NCBI GenBank assembly: GCA_965219415.1 | Contig: CBDCNP010000002.1 | Coordinates: forward strand, 416,001-480,000 | Length of the DNA stretch: 64,000 nt | From: Candidatus Marinacidobacterales bacterium | GTDB lineage: Bacteria > Acidobacteriota > Vicinamibacteria > Marinacidobacterales > DATDRI01 | Direction: 5' to 3' | Shown: positions 56,884-64,000 of the stretch, in pieces | How the letters are laid out: every line of letters begins with the position of its first letter | How positions within the stretch are numbered: the stretch's first letter is position 1 | The notes under the pieces: generated by a model | Database searches by the model: none | The model's input: only the letters and a program-made list of their open reading frames with translations | Told to the model about the DNA's origin: nothing | Position numbers and translations under genes: made by a program

Positions 56884-57021
56884 GGCGATCAACCCGGTGG
56901 TCACCGCACCCACCGCGCCGTCGTTTCGGAAAGTAGTTTGCGAAATACCATGCAGGTGTATGCGAGTCAAGTAGGGACGACCTTATCCTCTTGAACCGCC
57001 CCGGGTTTTCCGGAGACTGTT

Positions 57022-58255
<1,234 letters not shown>

Positions 58256-58344
58256 GACTCCATCCTCTCAAGAGGTGGAGTCTCCGGGAAACCCGGGGCG
58301 GTTCACTCTAGAGAACATCAAGCCTGGCACACGGTCAAACACCA

Positions 58345-59706
58345 TCAGTCAGCAATTGACTGATAGGCCAGAACTCGAATTTGGTCATGAAGTCTGTATC
58401 TGTTTTTCCAAGACGCAAGCTGGGTCATGACAATAACTATCAGCTCTTCTTCAGGATCTACATGAAAATATGTGCCAAACGCTCCTTCCCAAAAGTATGC
58501 TCCCAATGATCCTTGTGTTCCTAATTCAGCTAAGTCGGTTGTGACTCCAAAGTGGAGGCCGTACCCATAGTTTCCGACTCCCCGTTGGACAGGAGGAAAT
58601 CTACCGATGTGATCCAACGTCATCAATTCCACAGTCTTACGGCTGAGAACCCTGACGTCGTCCAACTCGCCCATGTTGAGCAGCATCTGACAAAAGCGGA
58701 CGTAGTCCGTGGCTGTAGAAACAAGACCGCCACGGGGAATGAAATAGCGCCTGGAACCATGAATCCAAGAACTTCTGCTTGGCGAGTCAGCTAGTTTCAG
58801 TCCCTCTTCGTCACTCTGGAAATAGACTGAAGTGAGACGAGATGCCTTTTCTTGCGGAAGAAAAAAATAAGTATCCTTCATCCGCAACCGTGAAAATATC
58901 CGTTCCTGGAAAAACCCGTCCAGAGGCATGCCCGAGACGACTTCAACCAGATAACCGAGAACATCGGTCGACCAGTTGTATCCCCACTGGGTACCCGGAT
59001 GGAAGCTTAGCGGCAACGTTGCCAATATTTTCATCGAGTCTGCAAGAGACATATCGGGATGCGGATGGCAGGTCTCGGGTCGAAGGAAGGGCTCGAGTTT
59101 CTGCTGGAAGAGATCTGCAGTGAGCCATCTCTTGTCCTGAGACGTTATTCCCGAGGTGTGAGTCAATAAATCCATGATTGTGATCTCTCGCTTCGCAGGA
59201 ACGGTCATGAACTTTGCCCCGCTCTTATCTCCGGGTGGCGGGGGGACGGCAACATTGGGATTCTTGAACTCTGGAACAAGTCTCGATATGGGATCAGACA
59301 GTAAGAAATGCCCTTCCTCAAACAGCATCATGACAGCGACAGCTGTAATCGGTTTCGTCATCGAGGCAATCCGAAAGATGGCGTCCGCACTCATTGGCTT
59401 CCGGGCTTCCAAATCCATCATCCCCAACGCGTCCAGATGGGCAATTCTGCCGTGCCGGGCAATCAGAATCACGGACCCGGGAATCTCTTGACGATCTATG
59501 AATCCTTGAACAACTGGGCGAATTCGCGCCAGCCGTTCTGAGGACATCCCGACCTCCTCCGGCTTTGCATTAAGCATACCCAGTGCTCTTGCCTTGACAT
59601 CGTCGGAAGCGGTGTGGCAAATCAACAGCATGACTGCCAGAAAACCACGAGTAGCTAGGGTGAAGCCTTTTGAAATAATGTTGGAGAATCCCCGTTTTGT
59701 TAACAT
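58345..59706 (-). CDS. Serine hydrolase (beta-lactamase class C / esterase family), exported
   Basis: PEEVGMS..RL, FRIASMTK (SxxK), LLTHTSG, PGTQWGY, GGL.ST..DY.RF, W.GAFGT. Confidence 0.9.
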   Translation of the reverse strand: MLTKRGFSNIISKGFTLATRGFLAVMLLICHTASDDVKARALGMLNAKPEEVGMSSERLARIRPVVQGFIDRQEIPGSVILIARHGRIAHLDALGMMDLEARKPMSADAIFRIASMTKPITAVAVMMLFEEGHFLLSDPISRLVPEFKNPNVAVPPPPGDKSGAKFMTVPAKREITIMDLLTHTSGITSQDKRWLTADLFQQKLEPFLRPETCHPHPDMSLADSMKILATLPLSFHPGTQWGYNWSTDVLGYLVEVVSGMPLDGFFQERIFSRLRMKDTYFFLPQEKASRLTSVYFQSDEEGLKLADSPSRSSWIHGSRRYFIPRGGLVSTATDYVRFCQMLLNMGELDDVRVLSRKTVELMTLDHIGRFPPVQRGVGNYGYGLHFGVTTDLAELGTQGSLGAYFWEGAFGTYFHVDPEEELIVIVMTQLASWKNRYRLHDQIRVLAYQSIAD

Positions 59707-59786
59707 GAATAAACTCCTCTACAACTCAGATGCAGGTGGATTGGGCGAAAAACGTTGTTATTCAGACTCAAAATGAAAAAGTGAGC

Positions 59787-61035
59787 CTAGCTCGCAGAGC
59801 TTCGACCGGCCGGTCCGGTCTCACTCACCATGAACGACAAGAAAACCCCCACGCCAAGGGCTGCTCCCAACAAGCCCACCACCACGAAGAACTGTCGGGG
59901 CGTCGTCGTATCGTAGCTCCCCAGGATCGATCCCAGGACTGGGGATGCCGCGATCCCGAAGAAACAACCAACAGAGATGATAAGACCCTTCGCACGCGCC
60001 GACCTGGTCCTTCGAGACCCCCGGTAGCTCGAGCGGCAAGGCGAACAACAGAACTTGAATCGCCGCGAGGCAAAACCCGATCAAAAGGACCATCGCCCAG
60101 AAGAGCCACCCCAGGGGAACCACGATCAGACCGAGGAATAGCAGGCAAGTGAGGAGAGCCGGGCCGATCAAGAACGGCCGACGCCTCCCGACCCGATCGG
60201 AAAGTCCGGACACGGAAAGCGCCCCGAACACAAAGCCCACCATCGTTAACGCAACCACCTGGCCAGCCGTTTCTTCCGCGGCCCCTTTAGCGATCACCAG
60301 GTACGGAAAACCGAAGGCCAGCCAGCCCAAAATACCGATCTGAGTCACGGCGCCGAGTCCGACCAAGAGCCTCACGTCTCGTTGGCTCGCTACCGAGCGA
60401 AAGCTTCGGAGCATATCGGCGACTCCTTCCGAAGCGCCATGCCCCGACGATGCACGGGAAGATCTCTTGCCGAGGACGAACCATGCGAGAAAAACAACCG
60501 TTCCGATCGCACCGGCTGTTAGGAACAGCTCTGCCCATTTCTCGCCGAACACGGGTATCGCGAACCAGAAGACGGTGAGCACACCGATGGAAGCGCCGGA
60601 CGTATAAAACCCCACCGCTCGTCCCAATTCGTGAGGCGGGAACCACTCGGAGACCGCCTTGGGCATGCCACTCAACAGAAAGGCGTAACCGATTCCAAAG
60701 GCGAAAGTGGCAAGACAGAGCCACGCAAATGTAGGAGCTATTCCCCGCCCCAAGGCGAACACGGCCATCAGCAGCAGTGCGAACCCCACCCCGGCGCGAG
60801 CTCCGAAGCGATCGACCAGTATGCCGGCCGGGATCGAGAAGAGACCCATGGCCAGCAACGGCAGGTTGATCCAGGTGGCCAACTGTGCGGCGCTTAGCCC
60901 GAATTCTTTGGCCACCGAGAGCTGGACCGGGCCACCCGATAGCTGGGTGAGCGCACCGCTGGTGTTGGCGAACCAGATCAGAAAGATAATGTCCCAGCGA
61001 TAGCCTACGGCGTCCGTCTTTGGCTCCGAGCTCAC
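59787..61035 (-). CDS. MFS transporter, frameshifted near 59985
   Basis: GILVDRFGAR, EWFPPHELGRAVG, SDRVGRRRP. The last two TM helices (LIISVGCFFGIAASPVLG..FFVVVGLLGAALGVGVFLSF) are restored by removing one G. Confidence 0.82.
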
Positions 61036-61151
61036 TGCGATGCCCCGGCGGCGGCCGAGTCCTTCAAAAAGAATCTGCGGTGGATTGGCATGCGACCTCC
61101 ACGGATGTCTAGTCTCAACCGAGTGTGCTAGTTTGGGCTCGATAGAGCGCA

Positions 61152-62558
61152 ATGGGCAAGGCATTTTCCCTCATCTGTCTCGTTCTCGCCATCCACGCGG
61201 GCGTGGGGTGTGAATCGCGGCCCGCGAGCCCTCAACTCTTAGTCGCGAACGGCACGCTGATTGACGGTACCGGCGCCGCTCCACGGACCGGGGTGGATGT
61301 CTTGCTTCGGAATGGCGAGATCATAGCCATTGAAGAAGACCTGCGGCCGACCGGCCCTTTCGAGGTTCTCGATGCTACCGGGAAGTTTCTCGTACCTGGA
61401 TTGATCGACACCCACGTCCACTTGGACGCCCCGATCGTTTACCAGATAACAGAGCAAGAACGTTTCCAGATCTTGGAACATACACCGCGAGCGTTTCTCT
61501 ACAGCGGCGTCACGACCGTGCTGGATCTTTCCTCGTACGTCTCTGGGGAGCCGGGTGAGATCTTGGCGAACCGCACCGCTCAGAGAGCCGGACGTCTATT
61601 GTCACCTCGCATCTACACCGTGGGTCTGGCCTTCACGCCGAAAAACGGATGGGGGCCGGAGGGCGAGAGCGCTCTCACCAACGCCGATGAGGCTCGCACC
61701 CGAGCTCGGCGTTACGTAGCGGACGGGGTGGACGGGTTCAAGATCATGGTCGAGGATGATGTGCTGGACCCGGGACCACTACGGGAGAAGTTGGACCAGA
61801 TGGTGGGTGCCGTAGCGGAGGAAGCGCGCCGCGCCCACCTCCCGGTCTATGCCCATGCGGTCAACCTGAGGGAATACCGGCGCGCCCTCGAGCTGAGGCC
61901 CCGGGCGATCGTTCACGGCCTGGAAGACGAGATCACGGATGACGATGCCCTCATCGGTGAGATAGTCCGAACCGGAACCTACATCGTCCCGACTCTGAAC
62001 CTCTTCGAGTCCTTCAACCGATTCGAAGGAAGCCGGACATGGTTCGAGGATGCGATCCTGAAGGCGAGCGTTCCCTCCTTCTTGCTCGAGAAGATGCGCG
62101 ACCCCAACTACATCTCGGAGGAACGACGGCGATTTTCGGCCGACGGCTTTCCGAAGACCACCCCGGAGCGAAACGACCCCTACGCATGGGTAGTGAAGAA
62201 GCTCCCGGTGCTGAAAGAAAACGTGACGAAAATGCACCGAGCCGGCGTCAAGCTCGCGGTAGGCACGGATGCCGGCGGACGAGTGGGCTACAATTTCCAA
62301 GGCTATCAGACGCCCCGAGAGGTGGAGTTGTTGGTTGAGTGCGGACTCACTCCGATGGAGGCGATCGTCGCCGCGACACGGACCGGCGCCGAAGTGATTG
62401 GAGCGAGCGACCGCCTCGGGACCATCGAGCCGGGCAAGGTAGCCGACCTATTGGTTTTGAGCGCCGACCCCACCGAAGACATCCATCACTTGCGACGGAT
62501 CGAGCTCGTCATCCAGGAAGGTCAGGTTCGGGAGAGATCGGAGCTCTCCTACCATTAG
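61152..62558 (+). CDS. Exported amidohydrolase (lipoprotein); paralog of 12344-13741
   Basis: GVGC lipobox; PGLIDTHVHLDAPIVYQI, DGFKIM, HAVNLREYR, GTDAGGRVGYNFQGY. Confidence 0.88.
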   Translation: MGKAFSLICLVLAIHAGVGCESRPASPQLLVANGTLIDGTGAAPRTGVDVLLRNGEIIAIEEDLRPTGPFEVLDATGKFLVPGLIDTHVHLDAPIVYQITEQERFQILEHTPRAFLYSGVTTVLDLSSYVSGEPGEILANRTAQRAGRLLSPRIYTVGLAFTPKNGWGPEGESALTNADEARTRARRYVADGVDGFKIMVEDDVLDPGPLREKLDQMVGAVAEEARRAHLPVYAHAVNLREYRRALELRPRAIVHGLEDEITDDDALIGEIVRTGTYIVPTLNLFESFNRFEGSRTWFEDAILKASVPSFLLEKMRDPNYISEERRRFSADGFPKTTPERNDPYAWVVKKLPVLKENVTKMHRAGVKLAVGTDAGGRVGYNFQGYQTPREVELLVECGLTPMEAIVAATRTGAEVIGASDRLGTIEPGKVADLLVLSADPTEDIHHLRRIELVIQEGQVRERSELSYH

Positions 62559-62636
62559 TGGAGACTATTGAGATCCGCTGGCTCGGGCGAGTGGCCGGTC
62601 GAAGCGAGGCGAACGCAGGCCAAAGCCTGTAGAGAG

Positions 62637-62669
62637 AAAAAGGCCGGCTGCGGCTTCCCGCAGCCGGCC
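62637..62669 (-). terminator. Rho-independent terminator
   Basis: 12-bp perfect stem GGCCGGCTGCGG/CCGCAGCCGGCC with a 4-nt loop, followed by UUUUU on the minus strand, downstream of the TonB receptor gene. Confidence 0.85.
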
Positions 62670-62699
62670 CGGAAGCCTTACCCGAACTTCCTTAGCAGG

Positions 62700-64000
62700 T
62701 TAGAAGTCGACCTTGAACCCGATCTGGATCTCGCGACCCGGGAAGGGCTCCACGATGCTGCCGAAGACATCGCCTCCACATCCGCCCAGATCGGGCAGAG
62801 CGTCGCCGGTCGAGTCTTGACAGGTCCTGTTCACCACGAACGGGTTCGCACGGTTCGTCAGGTTGAAGAACTCGATCAGTGCGGTGAAATTCTTCCCCTC
62901 CCCGAACGGGAGGTTCCACGCGATCCGGAGGTCGACGTTGAAGAAGTCCGGTCCTTTGAACTGACCCTTCTCGGTTCCGATGAGGCGATTATCGAAGATG
63001 TTGTCCCCGTCGGTGTCGAACGGAAGCCCCGCCGCATTGAACGGGCTTCCCGACTGCCAGTTGAGCACGCCCGAAACGTCGAAGCCAGCCGGCAGTCGGT
63101 AGAGACCACTGAAGACCAAGACGTTCTTCGGCGTATTCAAGCTGCGGCCGATGTCACGCTCCGGAAAGTTGTTCCACAGGAAGCTGATCTCCGCCCCGCG
63201 TGGCGGTACTCGAAGGGTCGAGAAGTTGTCGGTGGCGTCGGTGAACGTGTAGCTCAGCAGGAAGTTGTAGTTCTGGCGGAACCGCTTCTGTAAGGCAAGA
63301 GTAAACGCGTTGGTATCCAGGAACCCCAGGTTCTCGATCTCACTGAGACAAGGCCCCGGGCCGTTGACGGTGTTTCCGGTGCAGCTCGCGGAGATGGGCT
63401 CGAGGAGCAGGTTCACCACGCGACGGGACAGAAGATTCTTCGAACGTCGGATGTGAACCTCGGCGTCGATGGTGAAGTCGCCGCTTAACGCCTGCTCGAT
63501 TCCGAAGTTCAAGGCGTCGGTGTAAGGAAGCGAATGGTCGTCCGACAGAGTCGTGATCCGGGTCACCTCGACGTCGAGCTGCCGGAATAAGAAAGCCAAC
63601 GGACGGTTGTTGACGATACTTGCGTCCCCTCGCTGCTCGAGAAACGTGAACTGGTCGCCTGCGTCGGTTGGGTTGACAAAGAAGTCATTGAGGAGCGCCA
63701 CCGCTGCTTCCGGTGAGAGCCTTCCTCCCGTGAGCTCCGGAATGCTGTCGAACGTCAGCACCGGTGGCAGCGACGGATCGGGGACGTTGATGCCAAGGAC
63801 GTCGTAGATAATGTAAGGGTTGCCCTTACCCGTGAAGCTGCTATCGGTGACGACCTTCCCATCGCGCTGGATCAGGAACGTACCCGCAGAGGTAAACGTA
63901 AAGCCCTCGGGAAGGATGTGCTCGAACAGCGTCGGATTAGCGAGGATACGGCTGCTGGATGCCTGCAAGGGCCCGAACGCCCCGAGTGCCGGATTGTTGT
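62700..64000 (-). CDS. TonB-dependent receptor, C-terminal part (5' end beyond the window); paralog of 51077-54280
   Basis: PYTD..N.GIEQAL, IRRSKNLL.RRV.NL, DNFSTLRVPP, DLRIA, GREIQIGFKVDF. Confidence 0.9.
   Translation of the reverse strand, partial: NNPALGAFGPLQASSSRILANPTLFEHILPEGFTFTSAGTFLIQRDGKVVTDSSFTGKGNPYIIYDVLGINVPDPSLPPVLTFDSIPELTGGRLSPEAAVALLNDFFVNPTDAGDQFTFLEQRGDASIVNNRPLAFLFRQLDVEVTRITTLSDDHSLPYTDALNFGIEQALSGDFTIDAEVHIRRSKNLLSRRVVNLLLEPISASCTGNTVNGPGPCLSEIENLGFLDTNAFTLALQKRFRQNYNFLLSYTFTDATDNFSTLRVPPRGAEISFLWNNFPERDIGRSLNTPKNVLVFSGLYRLPAGFDVSGVLNWQSGSPFNAAGLPFDTDGDNIFDNRLIGTEKGQFKGPDFFNVDLRIAWNLPFGEGKNFTALIEFFNLTNRANPFVVNRTCQDSTGDALPDLGGCGGDVFGSIVEPFPGREIQIGFKVDF

Noticed and set aside
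58345-59706. Antibiotic-resistance beta-lactamases (this serine hydrolase and the three MBL-fold genes)
   Set aside because: Motifs fit the broad esterase/serine-hydrolase and RNase Z/AtsA-like families, not AmpC or class B beta-lactamases

Overview
GC-rich (roughly 60% by eye) bacterial window. The gene families (Oar-type TonB-dependent receptors, sulfatase-TPR fusion, lipoprotein PQQ enzyme, many exported amidohydrolases) suggest Acidobacteriota; this is inference. The window is almost entirely accessory small-molecule catabolism. The centrepiece is a ~29.5 kb co-oriented, tightly coupled run of 24 genes (39942->10433). It encodes an NCS1 permease, one hydantoinase/oxoprolinase A subunit followed by three tandem diverged B subunits, a hydantoin racemase, six amidohydrolases, a PQQ dehydrogenase and a diheme cytochrome c. 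It sits opposite a GntR regulator with two matching palindromic operators and ends beside a tRNA-Leu(UAA) 3' fragment (att-like). A second, shorter copy of that fragment brackets a Phd/ParE toxin-antitoxin islet. Also present: a compact operon built around a heme-oxygenase-like diiron enzyme (small ORF, HDO, small membrane protein, SSS symporter, Gfo/Idh/MocA); a Tat-exported sarcosine-oxidase-like flavoprotein with altered catalytic residues next to a cytochrome c; two paralogous TonB receptors; an orphaned xanthine-dehydrogenase-family Mo subunit; and a full-length but defective IS3-family element. About ten single-base frameshifts suggest unpolished long-read errors. All calls come from motif reading by eye; no database searches were run.
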